Source: Thermoplasmata archaeon
GTDB lineage: Archaea > Thermoplasmatota > Thermoplasmata > Lutacidiplasmatales > UBA184
Assembly: GCA_021791335.1 (NCBI GenBank)
Contig: JAJYWS010000061.1
Coordinates: 22,924-86,923 of the forward strand
DNA: 64,000 nucleotides
Direction of reading: 5' to 3'
A program made the position numbers and the translations under genes. This document shows, in pieces, positions 1 through 9,566 of the stretch (position 1 is the stretch's first letter; the number at the start of each line of letters is the position of its first letter). The notes under the pieces were generated by a model. The model saw only the letters and a list, made by a program, of their open reading frames with translations, searched no databases and was not told where the DNA came from.

Positions 1-436
1 GCCCGGCCGGGTCACCTTGTGGTCGCCGATCAGGAGGTGGCCGTGGACGATCCACTTGCGGGCCGCGATGGCGGTCGGGGCGAGCCCCTTGTGGAACGCG
101 ACGAAATCGAACCGGCGCTTGAGGAGATCCTCGGGGTTGAGGGCCAGCACATCGTCGAGGGTGGCCGTCGGGGCCTTGAAGAGCCCGAGGCGGGTCAGGC
201 GGCCCAGCAGCAGGTCGGTCTCCCGCTTGGCCTGCTCCTCGCCGGCCCGGAGGCGGGCCTGGAGGTCCCGGGCCTGGCGACGGAAACCCCGGAGGACCGA
301 CTGGGCCTTCCACAGCTCCCGCTTGTTCTTGAGGGCGTAGCGCTGGAGCAGCTTCCGCTCCTCGGCCATCCGGGTGGCCTCCCAGGGGTGTTTCGGGGTT
401 TCGTAGAGGCGCCGGAGAAAGCGGGGATCTCCCATA
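1..436 (-). CDS. rps4: 30S ribosomal protein uS4 (S4), 5' part; gene continues beyond window start
   Basis: Minus-strand translation from the ATG at 436..434 gives MGDPRFLRRLYETPKHPWEATRMAEERKLLQRYALKNKRELWKAQS.., the archaeal uS4 N-terminal signature. The frame is open to position 1, so it is absent from the complete-ORF track. It lies directly downstream of uS13, the conserved archaeal order. Confidence 0.8.
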
Positions 437-445
437 GGACTTGAA

Positions 446-1183
446 TCACTCCTTCTTGGCGGGGGGCGTCGCCGGGGCGGCCGCCGCCGGCTCGCTCTTG
501 CCCTTCGACTCGGCCTGGGCCTCCCGCGCGGTCTTCTTGATGACGCCGGCCGCCATGCCGGTCCGTCCGTTGGATCGGGTGCGCTGCCCGCGGACCTTCT
601 GTCCGCGTTCGTGCCGGACCCCGCGGTAGGAACGGATCATCCGCATCCAGTTGATGTCGTCCCGGCGGCTGGTCTCGAGGTCGGGACCGAAGAAGTGGAG
701 CGACTGGCCGGAGACCGTCTCCTTGGGGTGGTTGATCATCCACGCCGGAAGGCGGGTCGCGATCTGACCCAGGGAGGCTTCGATCCGCTCGACGGTGGGT
801 TCGGGCAGGTTCCCGATCATCTCCTTCGGGTCGACCTCGGCGAGGCGGCAGACCACCCCGGCGATGCGATGGCCGACGCCGCGGACCCGGGCGATCGCCA
901 GCGCCGTCGGGCGCCGGCCGTCCAGGTCGGTGTTGGAGACCCGGACGATGTAGCGGAAGTTCGGGTTATCCGGGACCGGCGCCGCCTTGGCCGATCCGCC
1001 CTTGCCCTTGCCCCCCTTCGTCTCCTTGCCGTCCTTCCCCTCCTTGGACTCCTTACCGTCCTTGCCCTTCGGCTCCTTGCCGGCCTTCGGGCTCTTCTCC
1101 TTCTTCGACGGCTTCGCCTCTTCGGTCGGCGCCGGCGGTGTCGGGGTCTTGGCGGGTTTGGTTTCGGGAGGTGCGGGACTCAT
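446..1183 (-). CDS. rps13: 30S ribosomal protein uS13 (S13) with long Lys/Glu/Pro-rich N-terminal extension and short basic C-terminal tail
   Basis: The core NFRYIVRVSNTDLDGRRPTALAIARVRGVG...GVRHERGQKVRGQRTRSNGRTG matches uS13. The first ~75 aa are low-complexity (KEPKGKDGKESKEGKDGKETKGGKGKGG). I found no alternative in-frame ATG/GTG/TTG between the ATG at 1183 and the conserved core. Confidence 0.8.
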   Translation of the reverse strand: MSPAPPETKPAKTPTPPAPTEEAKPSKKEKSPKAGKEPKGKDGKESKEGKDGKETKGGKGKGGSAKAAPVPDNPNFRYIVRVSNTDLDGRRPTALAIARVRGVGHRIAGVVCRLAEVDPKEMIGNLPEPTVERIEASLGQIATRLPAWMINHPKETVSGQSLHFFGPDLETSRRDDINWMRMIRSYRGVRHERGQKVRGQRTRSNGRTGMAAGVIKKTAREAQAESKGKSEPAAAAPATPPAKKE

Positions 1184-1366
1184 GGGGTACAGGGCGCCGT
1201 AGCGATCACCCTCCCGGCCGGAGTCGGGGGTGAGGGAACGGGCGCGGCGCCCGAGATGGCCTTCCCTTTTAAGCGCTTCGGGAGGGGTGACCGCCGAGAG
1301 ACCGGGTCGGGGTCGCCCTTCCGATTCGTCGGCAGTGGAATAAGGCCCCGTAGGTAGCTCAGGTCG

Positions 1367-2095
1367 ATGCCGAACTCCGGTCGGGTCTCGGTGATCCTAC
1401 CGACCTACAACGAACGGGCCGGTATCGCCTACCTCTACCCCCGCCTCGCCGAGGCCCTCTCGGGCGTCCCCTCGGAGCTCTGGGTGATCGATGATCAGAG
1501 TCCGGACGGGACGGCCGAGGTGGCCCGTTCCCTGGAAGGGAGCCTGCCGGTCCATGTGGTGGAGCGGACGGGGGTCCGGGGCCTGGCGACCGCGGTCCTG
1601 GAGGGGTTCCGGCGGGCGCCCGGGGAGTACCTCGCGGTGATGGACGCCGATGGTAGTCACCCGGCCGCGGTGCTGCCGGCGCTGCTCCGGGCCGTTCAGG
1701 AGGGACCGGCCGAGATGGCGATCGCGACCCGGGAGGCCTGGAGCGGAGACCGCCCCGGCCTGGCCCTCAGCCGCCGGGTCATCTCCTCCGGTGGCCGTTG
1801 GCTGGCCCGGCCGCTGACCCGGGTGCGCGACCCGATGTCCGGCTACTTTGTCGTCCGCCGGAGCCTGCTCGACCGGGCCCCCCTCGACCCGATCGGCTAC
1901 AAGATCGGCCTGGAGATCCTCGTGCGGTGCCGGCCCGACCCCGTCGCCGAGATTCCGTACCGATTCCTCCCCCGGATCGCCGGGCAGAGCAAGCTCGACC
2001 GCGGCGAGATCGGGCGGTATGTGAGGCATCTCCTGAGGCTCTACCGGGCCCGGTCGGTCGGACGGGCCGACCGGCAGGCCCGCACCACCCGGTAG
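1367..2095 (+). CDS. GT2-family glycosyltransferase, dolichyl-phosphate mannose/glucose synthase-like
   Basis: VILPTYNERAGI...WVIDDQSPDGT...AVMDADGSH motifs typical of Dpm1/AglD-like GT2 enzymes. Confidence 0.8.
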   Translation: MPNSGRVSVILPTYNERAGIAYLYPRLAEALSGVPSELWVIDDQSPDGTAEVARSLEGSLPVHVVERTGVRGLATAVLEGFRRAPGEYLAVMDADGSHPAAVLPALLRAVQEGPAEMAIATREAWSGDRPGLALSRRVISSGGRWLARPLTRVRDPMSGYFVVRRSLLDRAPLDPIGYKIGLEILVRCRPDPVAEIPYRFLPRIAGQSKLDRGEIGRYVRHLLRLYRARSVGRADRQARTTR

Positions 2096-2697
2096 CCCGA
2101 GTGCCGGGCCACGACGTCGACCGTCCCGGGAAACTCCTCCGTGAGTTTGTGCTGGTAGTAGAGGATCCCCTGGCTCCCCTGCCCGACGACCCAAAGTCGG
2201 CCGGTCTCGGTCAGGAACCGGGGGGCGTCGCGGAGCATCGCCAGGATCTGGGGACGTCCGATCCGGTACGGTGGGTTCGTGGCGATCACATCGAACCGCT
2301 CCCCGGGGACCGCCTCGAACATCGATCCCGCCCGGACCTCGGCGTTGGTGAGCCGGTTCTGGGCGAGGTTCTCCCGGGCGAGCCGGACCGCCCGCCGGTT
2401 CACATCGACCATCACGACCCGGCCCTGCGGCGCCGCCTTCGCCGCCGCGACGCCGACCGCGCCCCAGCCGCAGCCCAGATCGAGCACCCGGTCGGTCGGC
2501 CCCACTTCGAGGCTCTGGATCAGCAGGTCGGTCCCCGGGTCGAGCGCCCGGACGGCGAAGACCCCCCGGTCGACCGTGAAGGTCAGGATCTCGCCTCGGT
2601 AGAGGAACCGAAGCTGTCCCCGTTCGGAGGGGGAGCGGGGGCGGGCGGAATAGTAGTGGTCGACCGGAAGCCCCTCACCGTCCGGCCCTTCGGTCAC
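2044..2697 (-). CDS. Class I SAM-dependent methyltransferase, RsmC/RsmD-like small-domain type
   Basis: [19 protein letters not shown]-binding motif and NPPY catalytic motif. GTG start at 2697 overlaps the dnaJ stop (GTGA). The N-terminal 180 aa of track ORF 2041..3240 is discarded as read-through overlapping dnaJ. Confidence 0.7.
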
Positions 2698-3836
2698 GGT
2701 CGGGCCCCGAAGAGGGTGCCCCGGCGGCCGGTCGGCTTGCGGGCGGCGGTGCCGAGCGCCTCGGCGATGAGCTCCTTCTGCCGGCCGTTCAGGGACGGGA
2801 GATCGACGTGGAGGAGGACCATGAGGTCCCCCCGGCGGCTCGAGCGGAGATGCGGGAACCCCTCTCCCCGGAGCCGCAGGCGGCTCTCCGGCTGGCTCCC
2901 GGGCGGCACATGGACGACCGCTTCGCCGGTGAGGGTGCGGACCTTGACCTCGCCGCCCAGGAGGGCGGTCGCGAGCGGGACGGTGACCTCGGTGAGGGCG
3001 GTCGTGCCGTCCCGGGTGATCCCGGGGACCGGATCGAGCAGGACCTGGACATAGAGGTCGCCGGGGGGGCCGCCCCGGCTCCCCTCGGCGCCCTGACCGC
3101 CGAGCCGCAGGACGGCGCCGTTCTCGATCCCCGGGGGGATCTGGACCTCGATGTGCCGGGTGCTCCGCACCCGGCCGGTGCCCTTGCAGGTCGGACACGC
3201 CTCGATCACGCGCCGGCCGGTACCGTGGCAGCGCGGACACTCCGTGATGGTGATCATCTGGCCGAAGCCGCTCGACTGGAGCCGGCGGACCTGCCCCTGG
3301 CCCCCGCAGTCCCGGCAGGTCTCGAGCGCGGTCCCGTTGCGGGCGCCGTTGCCCCGGCAGTCCGCGCAGGGGTCGATCCGGGGGATCTCGAGCGTCGGGC
3401 TCGCCCCGGAGACCGCGGCCGCCATCGGGAGCCGGACCGAGACCTCGATGTCGCCCCCGCGGGCCCGGGCGCCCGGTGGCCGCCGCCCGAAGAGCGTACC
3501 GCCGCCGCCGAAGAACTGCTGGAAGAAGGGATTCGATCCGAGGAGATCCTCCAGATCGCCGGCGTGGCTGAAGTTGTTCCAGGAGAACCCGCCCGGACCG
3601 AACTCCGAGTCGACGGCGGCGAACCCCTCGGCATCGTACCGCCGCCGCTTTTCGGGGTCGGCCAGGACCTCGTAGGCCTCGGAGAGCTCCTTGAACCGTT
3701 CCTCCGCCGCCTTCGGGTTGGCGGCGTTGAGATCCGGGTGGTGGAGACGGGCGAGCTTCCGGTAGGCGCTCTTGATCTCGTCGGGAGACGCCGTTCGGGG
3801 GACCCCGAGCACTTCGTAGTAGTCCCGTTTCGCCAT
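2694..3836 (-). CDS. dnaJ: Molecular chaperone DnaJ
   Basis: J-domain [12 protein letters not shown]...HHPD, a G/F-rich linker and four CxxCxGxG zinc-finger repeats. The start is the ATG at 3836 (internal Met of track ORF 2694..4043). Confidence 0.9.
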   Translation of the reverse strand: MAKRDYYEVLGVPRTASPDEIKSAYRKLARLHHPDLNAANPKAAEERFKELSEAYEVLADPEKRRRYDAEGFAAVDSEFGPGGFSWNNFSHAGDLEDLLGSNPFFQQFFGGGGTLFGRRPPGARARGGDIEVSVRLPMAAAVSGASPTLEIPRIDPCADCRGNGARNGTALETCRDCGGQGQVRRLQSSGFGQMITITECPRCHGTGRRVIEACPTCKGTGRVRSTRHIEVQIPPGIENGAVLRLGGQGAEGSRGGPPGDLYVQVLLDPVPGITRDGTTALTEVTVPLATALLGGEVKVRTLTGEAVVHVPPGSQPESRLRLRGEGFPHLRSSRRGDLMVLLHVDLPSLNGRQKELIAEALGTAARKPTGRRGTLFGARP

Positions 3837-3897
3837 CTGCGCCGCGGGCCGTCCGAATCGGCTCCGTCCGCCCGTAGGGCTGACGATATTTACGCTC

Positions 3898-4707
3898 TCA
3901 CCCGGGCGCGGGACCGGTGAGCTCGACGCGGCTCCCCGGCCGTGCGCCGGTCCGCCGGGCGGCCGACGCTTCGCGGGCCGAGATCTCGATCGTGCCGAAG
4001 CTCGAGGCGAGGCAGCCCAGCGCGCCGCGGCGAATCTCCGCATAGGCCGTCCGGCGTCGCACCGTCCGGACCGCTCCGCGGCCGAGCCTCAGGCGCAGCG
4101 GTCCGGCCGGGATCCACTCCGCCGGGAGGTTGGTGATGAGGTTCCCGAATCGATCGACCAGGAGGACCTCCCCCACCCAGCGCCCGGAGAATCGCTCCGG
4201 TACCGGGTCCTCCGACTCCATGAACCGTCCGGGCGTGGCCCACTCGGAAAACGGCCGTCCCTCCCAGGCCGCGATCGCGGCCGGCGCAAAGAGGTCGCGC
4301 CCGTCGAAGGTGGTGCCGCGCCGGGGGCCGGCCCGGAGCCTCCGCTCGTCGATCGTCCAGACCGCCCGGACACCGAGCCGGCGGGCGAGAGGCCGAAGGA
4401 GCCCGTTGTCGGGGCCGATCAGGACCGAGCCGTCGCGGCATTCGACCGCGATCGCCGCCCGATCGCTGCCGACACCGGGATCGACGATCGCGAGGTGGAT
4501 CGTGCCCGGCGGGAACCGCTCGGCCATCGCCGCGAGCCAGAGCGCCGACTCCCGGACCGCGTGGGGCGGGAGGTCGTGGGCCAGGTCGATGACCCTCCCC
4601 CACGGGAGGCTCCGGTAGAGCACCGCCTTCATCTGGGCGGCGTAGGCCCAGCCGATGTCGCTCGACAGGGTGACCGCCCGGGAGCGGAGGCTCCGACCCG
4701 GGGGCAT
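3898..4707 (-). CDS. SAM hydroxide adenosyltransferase family protein (DUF62; fluorinase/chlorinase/SAM-hydrolase family)
   Basis: N-terminal TLSSDIGxxYAA... and VIDLAHD...VDPGVGS...IGPDNG motifs characteristic of PF01887. Confidence 0.7.
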   Translation of the reverse strand: MPPGRSLRSRAVTLSSDIGWAYAAQMKAVLYRSLPWGRVIDLAHDLPPHAVRESALWLAAMAERFPPGTIHLAIVDPGVGSDRAAIAVECRDGSVLIGPDNGLLRPLARRLGVRAVWTIDERRLRAGPRRGTTFDGRDLFAPAAIAAWEGRPFSEWATPGRFMESEDPVPERFSGRWVGEVLLVDRFGNLITNLPAEWIPAGPLRLRLGRGAVRTVRRRTAYAEIRRGALGCLASSFGTIEISAREASAARRTGARPGSRVELTGPAPG

Positions 4708-4726
4708 GGGGCTCCCCCCGACCCGT

Positions 4727-5056
4727 CTACGACTTCATGATCGCCACGAGGAAGATCCCCACGGCGATCAAGGCTCCGATGACGGCGGCGAGCAGGATCA
4801 GGAAGCTCTCCCAGAGGAGCTGGCTCAGCAGGTGGTACTGCAGGTGATAGTAGTATCCGCCCAAAAGTCCGATGATGAGGCCCACGACCAGGAGCGCCGC
4901 CCCGATGGCCCGGCTCTTGCCGCTGCCGAAATAGGCCGTGAAGGCTCCGGCGAGGATCAGGAACAGTCCCAAGATCAGGAGCAGGACGGTGATGAACTCC
5001 CACGCACCCACGTTGTTGCCGGCAAACGTACCCAACAGATCGAACACTCGTTCCAC
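4727..5056 (-). CDS. Small integral membrane protein (3 predicted TM helices)
   Basis: Three hydrophobic 20+ aa stretches with high GC3 codon bias; no recognisable domain. Confidence 0.5.
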   Translation of the reverse strand: MERVFDLLGTFAGNNVGAWEFITVLLLILGLFLILAGAFTAYFGSGKSRAIGAALLVVGLIIGLLGGYYYHLQYHLLSQLLWESFLILLAAVIGALIAVGIFLVAIMKS

Positions 5057-5061
5057 CCTTC

Positions 5062-5295
5062 CTAAAATTTGATCCCCGTGAGGGTCTTCGTATCGATGAC
5101 GCCGGCAATCGACCGGATCCGGTCGACGACGAGCTGGCCGAGGGCGTTAAAGTCCTCCGCCTCCACCTTGGCGATCAGGTCGTACTCCCCGAAGAGGGGG
5201 TGCAGCTCGACGATCCCCTTCACCCGGAGCAACTCCGTGTAGACTTCATGTTCCTTGGCGGGGGCGGTGCTGATGAGTACGAATCCGATCGCCAC
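5062..5295 (-). CDS. Stand-alone Lrp/AsnC-type RAM (ligand-binding) domain protein
   Basis: 77 aa with EVYTELLRVKGIVELHPLFGEYDLIAKVEAEDFNALGQLV, typical of the AsnC C-terminal RAM domain with no HTH. Confidence 0.7.
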   Translation of the reverse strand: MAIGFVLISTAPAKEHEVYTELLRVKGIVELHPLFGEYDLIAKVEAEDFNALGQLVVDRIRSIAGVIDTKTLTGIKF

Positions 5296-5453
5296 GAAGA
5301 TACCCCGTGTGGACGGGGAGGAGACACCGGCCCCCCTTTATAAGAGTTGTCCGCGACTCGCCCGGCCCCGCCGAGCGGTCGGCCCGCCCCCGGCCCTCCG
5401 GCCCGGGCCCGAGGCGAAGAGTACTTCGGGGGGTCCGGCCTCGGGGGACTCGG

Positions 5454-5783
5454 ATGCCGCTACTCTTGGAGACCACCGAGCTTTCCGACCCCGAGATCGA
5501 CCGGATGGGCGAAGAGCTGAGCCAGGAACTCGCCGAGCTCCTGCCGAGGATCGCCGATCCTCAGGTCGAGGTCACCGACCCGATGCGGCTCGCCACGCTG
5601 CGGTCGCTGCTCGAGGGGGCGCTTCGGTGGGTCCGTCCGGTCCCGCCGACCGCCTCCCGGTCGGACCGGATCGCGCGGGTCAACTTCTGTTACGATCTGG
5701 TGGTGCTGTCGATCGAGCTGTTGAAGGGTGCGACGTCGATGCCCAAGGTTCCCCGGCCCCGCTCGGCCCCCCCGCCCCCCTGA
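5454..5783 (+). CDS. Hypothetical acidic protein
   Basis: Internal ATG of track ORF 5307..5783 (MPLLLETTELSDPEIDRMGEEL..) with GC3-biased codons; no known domain. Confidence 0.35.
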   Translation: MPLLLETTELSDPEIDRMGEELSQELAELLPRIADPQVEVTDPMRLATLRSLLEGALRWVRPVPPTASRSDRIARVNFCYDLVVLSIELLKGATSMPKVPRPRSAPPPP

Positions 5784-5853
5784 GGCACGCTTCGCGAGTC
5801 GAGCCCGCCCCCTTTAAACCCCGGGTGCGTCGCCCGGTCCGATCCGACCAACC

Positions 5854-7257
5854 ATGGGGGCCCCGTTCACATCCGTGAGCACCTGGCCCCGCCGGCTCGT
5901 GGCCCGCCCTTGGCTCCTTGCCTTCGTCCCCATCAATGCGGCGACCGCCGGTTTCGGCGTCGTGCTCCCCCTGCTCATCCTGGGCCCGCTCCACGGCAGC
6001 TGGTCCGATGTGGCCCTCGCCGCCCTCGGATTCAACCTCGCCCTCATCGTCGCCTCGTTCATCTGGGGGCGGCTGTCCGACCGCTACCGGCGCCGCCGGG
6101 CCTTCCTGATCCTCAACTACGGGGGGTTCGCGGCCCTCTACCTCCTCCTCGCCCACCTGCCGAACCTTCCGCTCCTGTTCGGCGTTTATGCCCTGATCGG
6201 CCTTTTGGCTCCGGCCGGCACCAGTGCCTCCAACCTGCTGATCCTCGAGAAGTTCAGTGAGTCGGAGCGGCCGCGGGCGTACGCCTCCTTCCAGGAGATG
6301 AGCATCGTCGGCTCGGTGGTCGGGCTGCTCCTCGGGTTCTTCTGGACCCTCTCGAGCGACACCCTCCTCGCGCTCCTGACGGTCCTCGCCGGCCTCGCCG
6401 CCCTGAGCGCGGTCGCGGTGGCGTTGCTCGTCGCCGAGCCCGAACGGAAGCTCACCACCCTCCAGGTGGCGAAGCATCCCGAAAGCCTGCTTTCCCGCAG
6501 CCGGGCGCTCATCGGGTTCCGGGTGCCGGTGCCGTTCTTCCCCGTCCGGCCCCATCTCGGATCGGGACCGTTGCGCCGGTTCGTGGGGTGGGCCCGCCGG
6601 GAGATCCACCACGAGCTGCCCCTGATCTTCGGGGCCGGGTTCCTGTTCAACTTCGCCTCCAACCTCTTCAACATCTCCTACACCCCCTACCTCTACTCGG
6701 TGGGCCTCGGCTCCTCGTCGATCTTCCTCATCAACATCTCGAACAGCCTCGGCCAGGGCGCGGTCTTCCCGGCCAGCGGTCGGCTGAGCGAGCAGATGGG
6801 GCCGGATCGTCTCGTGCAGCGCGCGACCTACCTGCGGAGCCTCGGCTATCTTGCCGTCAGCATGCTGACCCTCGTCGCGATCGTCGCCGGGACCGCGGTC
6901 GGCCTCAACTTCGTCCTCTTCGGGGTGCTGGGGGTCGCGGTCGCCCTCTACACGACCGCGAGTTCCCTCATCCTGTTCCGGAGCGTGCAGGGGCGGGAGG
7001 CCGGGCAACTCTTGGGGCTCAACAGCGCCCTCGGGGGCCTCGCGGCCGTCCTGGGGGCGGCGGTCGCCGGAACCCTCTCGGTCTGGGGGAGCTACCGGCT
7101 CGTCTTCCTGGTCGCCGCCGGCTCGCTCCTGCTCTCGCTGCCGATCTGGACCGCGGCCTCGGTCGCCTTCCAGAAGCGGCGGGCTCCCCGGGAACCGCCC
7201 CGGCCGTCGGCCCCGACCCCCCGGGCCGACGCCCCGGGGACGGCGAAGACAGGTTAA
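5854..7257 (+). CDS. MFS transporter
   Basis: About 12 TM segments, the GRLSDRYGRRR loop motif and a typical MFS layout. Confidence 0.8.
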   Translation: MGAPFTSVSTWPRRLVARPWLLAFVPINAATAGFGVVLPLLILGPLHGSWSDVALAALGFNLALIVASFIWGRLSDRYRRRRAFLILNYGGFAALYLLLAHLPNLPLLFGVYALIGLLAPAGTSASNLLILEKFSESERPRAYASFQEMSIVGSVVGLLLGFFWTLSSDTLLALLTVLAGLAALSAVAVALLVAEPERKLTTLQVAKHPESLLSRSRALIGFRVPVPFFPVRPHLGSGPLRRFVGWARREIHHELPLIFGAGFLFNFASNLFNISYTPYLYSVGLGSSSIFLINISNSLGQGAVFPASGRLSEQMGPDRLVQRATYLRSLGYLAVSMLTLVAIVAGTAVGLNFVLFGVLGVAVALYTTASSLILFRSVQGREAGQLLGLNSALGGLAAVLGAAVAGTLSVWGSYRLVFLVAAGSLLLSLPIWTAASVAFQKRRAPREPPRPSAPTPRADAPGTAKTG

Positions 7258-7294
7258 GAGCCGCTGCGCCCTTCCCGAAGGGTAGGTTGAAGGT

Positions 7295-8425
7295 ATGCCG
7301 GAAACGGAAGTGGTCCAGCGGGGACTGGAAGATGTGGTCGCCCTCGAATCCCGAATCTGCTTCATCGACGGCCGGCAGGGCCGTCTGATCTACCGCGGCT
7401 ACGACATCCGGGAGCTCGCCGAGCACTCGTCGTTCGAGGAGGTCGCCTACCTGATGTGGTACGGCCGCCTTCCGACCCGGGCGCAGCTCGCCGAGCTCCA
7501 GAACCTTCTGGTCAGCCTGCGGGTCCTGCCGAAGCCGGTCGTCGAGCTGATTGAACGGATCCCGCCCGAGTCGAACCCGATGGAGGTCCTGCGGACCGTC
7601 GTCAGCGCGATGGCGCTCTCCGAGCCCGGGGAGACCAAGCCCGGGGCCAGCTCGATCAGCGGGGCGCTGCGGCTGACGGCCGCCCTTCCGACCATCCTGG
7701 GCCAGTTCCACCGCCGACGGGCCCATCTCCCGCCGCTCGCCCCCCGTCCGGACCTGAGCCACGCCGGCTACCTGCTCTATGCCCTCCTCAACCGGGAAGG
7801 CACCGAGCTGGAGGTCCGCGCCCTCGACGTCGCGCTCATCCTCCATGCCGACCATGAACTCAACGCCTCGACCTTCGCGGCCCGGATCACCGCGTCCACC
7901 CTGAGCGATCTCTACAGCGCGATCACGAGCGCCATCGGGACGCTCAAGGGGCCGCTGCACGGGGGCGCCAACGAGCAGGTGATGAAGCTGCTCGATGAGA
8001 TCGGCACCGTCGACCGGGTCGAAGCGATCACCCAGGCGAAGCTGGCGAAGCACGAGCGGATCATGGGCTTCGGCCATCGGGTCTACAAGGTCGAGGACCC
8101 CCGGGCGACCATCCTACGGCGCTGGTCCCACAAGGTCGGGGAGGCGAAGCAGGATCTCCACTACTACGACCTCTTGGTCCGGCTCCAGGAGGTGGTCCAC
8201 CGGGAGAAGAACCTCTACCCCAACGTCGATCTCTTCTCGGGGTCGATCTACACGCAGCTGGGGATCCCGCACGATCTCTTCACCCCGATCTTCGCGGTGA
8301 GCCGGATCACGGGCTGGACCGCGCATGTGCTCGAGGAGTACGACGACCTCCGGCTGATCCGGCCGAAGGCGCTCTACGTCGGCCCCACCGACCTCACGTA
8401 CACGGAGATCGGCACCCGGAGCTAA
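7295..8425 (+). CDS. gltA: Citrate synthase
   Basis: GYDIRELAE, GHRVYK..DPRA and HVLEEY motifs; ~375 aa, the archaeal/Gram-positive type. Confidence 0.9.
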   Translation: MPETEVVQRGLEDVVALESRICFIDGRQGRLIYRGYDIRELAEHSSFEEVAYLMWYGRLPTRAQLAELQNLLVSLRVLPKPVVELIERIPPESNPMEVLRTVVSAMALSEPGETKPGASSISGALRLTAALPTILGQFHRRRAHLPPLAPRPDLSHAGYLLYALLNREGTELEVRALDVALILHADHELNASTFAARITASTLSDLYSAITSAIGTLKGPLHGGANEQVMKLLDEIGTVDRVEAITQAKLAKHERIMGFGHRVYKVEDPRATILRRWSHKVGEAKQDLHYYDLLVRLQEVVHREKNLYPNVDLFSGSIYTQLGIPHDLFTPIFAVSRITGWTAHVLEEYDDLRLIRPKALYVGPTDLTYTEIGTRS

Positions 8426-8811
8426 CCGGGGCGTCGGCCGCGTCCGGGCCGGGCGAGGCTCATCAAGGGATACCTCAGGTCCGGCCGGTACTGGAGACGG
8501 GCCCCGACCCGGTGGACCCCGTCCGAGATCGTGAGGTCCACCCGGAGCATCTCGGGCGTAAGGTAGCGATAGGCGAACCGGCCGCGCCCCACCGGCCCGC
8601 CGCGCCGGACGTCAATCCGGACCCGGACCCGCTCGACGAAGGGCTGGAGGCCCACCGCCGCCTCGATCGCCCGGGCGAGCGCCGGGGCGGTCCGGGGGGC
8701 GACGGGGATGCCGAGGTACTGGTGGAAGATGCCGCCGAGCTTGATCCCGGCCTCGAAGCAGAGCTGCTCGATGGGCGTCGGGGGGTGGGTCGATTCCGGA
8801 GCGGGGTTCAT
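8422..8811 (-). CDS. Hypothetical protein co-transcribed with pssA/psd
   Basis: C-terminal in-frame segment of track ORF 8422..9555 (MNPAPESTHPPTPIEQLCFEAGIKLGGIFHQYLG...). The ATG at 8811 overlaps the pssA stop (ATGA). No domain assignment. Confidence 0.45.
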   Translation of the reverse strand: MNPAPESTHPPTPIEQLCFEAGIKLGGIFHQYLGIPVAPRTAPALARAIEAAVGLQPFVERVRVRIDVRRGGPVGRGRFAYRYLTPEMLRVDLTISDGVHRVGARLQYRPDLRYPLMSLARPGRGRRPG

Positions 8812-9566
8812 GGTGGGGTCGCGGCCCCCTCGGACCTCCGGGGCACGGTCCACGGGCCCATCACCAGGAAGGCGATAAGGCCGCCGCCGGCCACGAGGCT
8901 CGCCACCTCCGCGAATAGGTAGAGGCCGGTGCCGGCCGACGGGGCGAACTGCACGGGGATCAACGCCCCGACGAGGGCGACTCCCGCGACCACCAGCACC
9001 GGTCGGAGGGGATGGCCCCGCTTGACCTTCGGGAACGGCACCGGGACGACCATGAGGAGGGCGAGGATGAGGGCGCCGCCCAACAGGAGCGCCGGGCGTA
9101 CCCCCCAGAAGGCGGGGGTCCCCGCCCAGAGGATGAGGACCGAGAGCGTCAGCGCCGCCTGCGGGGTCGGGACCCCTAGGAAGTGCGGCCGCTCGAACGC
9201 CCAGCCGGTGAAGTAGATCAGGCGGGCCACCGCGGCCGTGAGGTAGAGGGCGCCCACGATCAGCGGGATCGGCCCGAGCGCCGCCCAGAGCGCTGCGTCG
9301 GCCGTGTGATCGGCGAGGAGGGCGAAGGGGGCGACCCCGAAGGTCAGGGCGTCCGCGATCGAATCGGCCACCCGTCCGAACCGGCTCGGCGGCTTCGGGC
9401 TGCGGCGGGAGAACCGACCGTCCAGCCCATCCAGGCCGACCCCGGCCGCCACCAGGACGAGCGCCCAGACCGGGTTGCCCGCCCAGACGTACAGGACGGC
9501 CGCGATCCCCAGCACGGCATTGCCGGTCGTCGCGAGGTTCGCCGCGAACCGCCACCGGTCGATCAT
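8808..9566 (-). CDS. pssA: CDP-alcohol phosphatidyltransferase, archaetidylserine synthase-like
   Basis: DGLDGRFSRR...GRVADSIADALTFG matches the CDP-OH phosphatidyltransferase motif, with 6-7 TM helices. Confidence 0.8.
   Translation of the reverse strand: MIDRWRFAANLATTGNAVLGIAAVLYVWAGNPVWALVLVAAGVGLDGLDGRFSRRSPKPPSRFGRVADSIADALTFGVAPFALLADHTADAALWAALGPIPLIVGALYLTAAVARLIYFTGWAFERPHFLGVPTPQAALTLSVLILWAGTPAFWGVRPALLLGGALILALLMVVPVPFPKVKRGHPLRPVLVVAGVALVGALIPVQFAPSAGTGLYLFAEVASLVAGGGLIAFLVMGPWTVPRRSEGAATPP

Noticed and set aside
19-444. 141-aa plus-strand ORF at window start
   Set aside because: Antisense to the uS4 gene, which is clearly recognisable on the minus strand.
195-743. 182-aa minus ORF overlapping rps13/rps4 junction
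   Set aside because: Arg/Pro-rich and out of frame with two well-supported ribosomal protein genes.
2808-3920. 370-aa plus ORF
   Set aside because: Antisense to dnaJ; Asp/Gly/Ala/Arg-rich low complexity.
5680-7365. 561-aa minus-strand ORF antisense to MFS transporter
   Set aside because: Glu/Arg/Gly-rich low complexity, and the plus strand encodes a coherent 12-TM MFS protein.
8422-9555. Full 377-aa minus ORF
   Set aside because: The N-terminal 250 aa are out of frame with a well-supported pssA and low complexity; only the C-terminal 129 codons (8422..8811), starting at an ATG overlapping the pssA stop, were kept.
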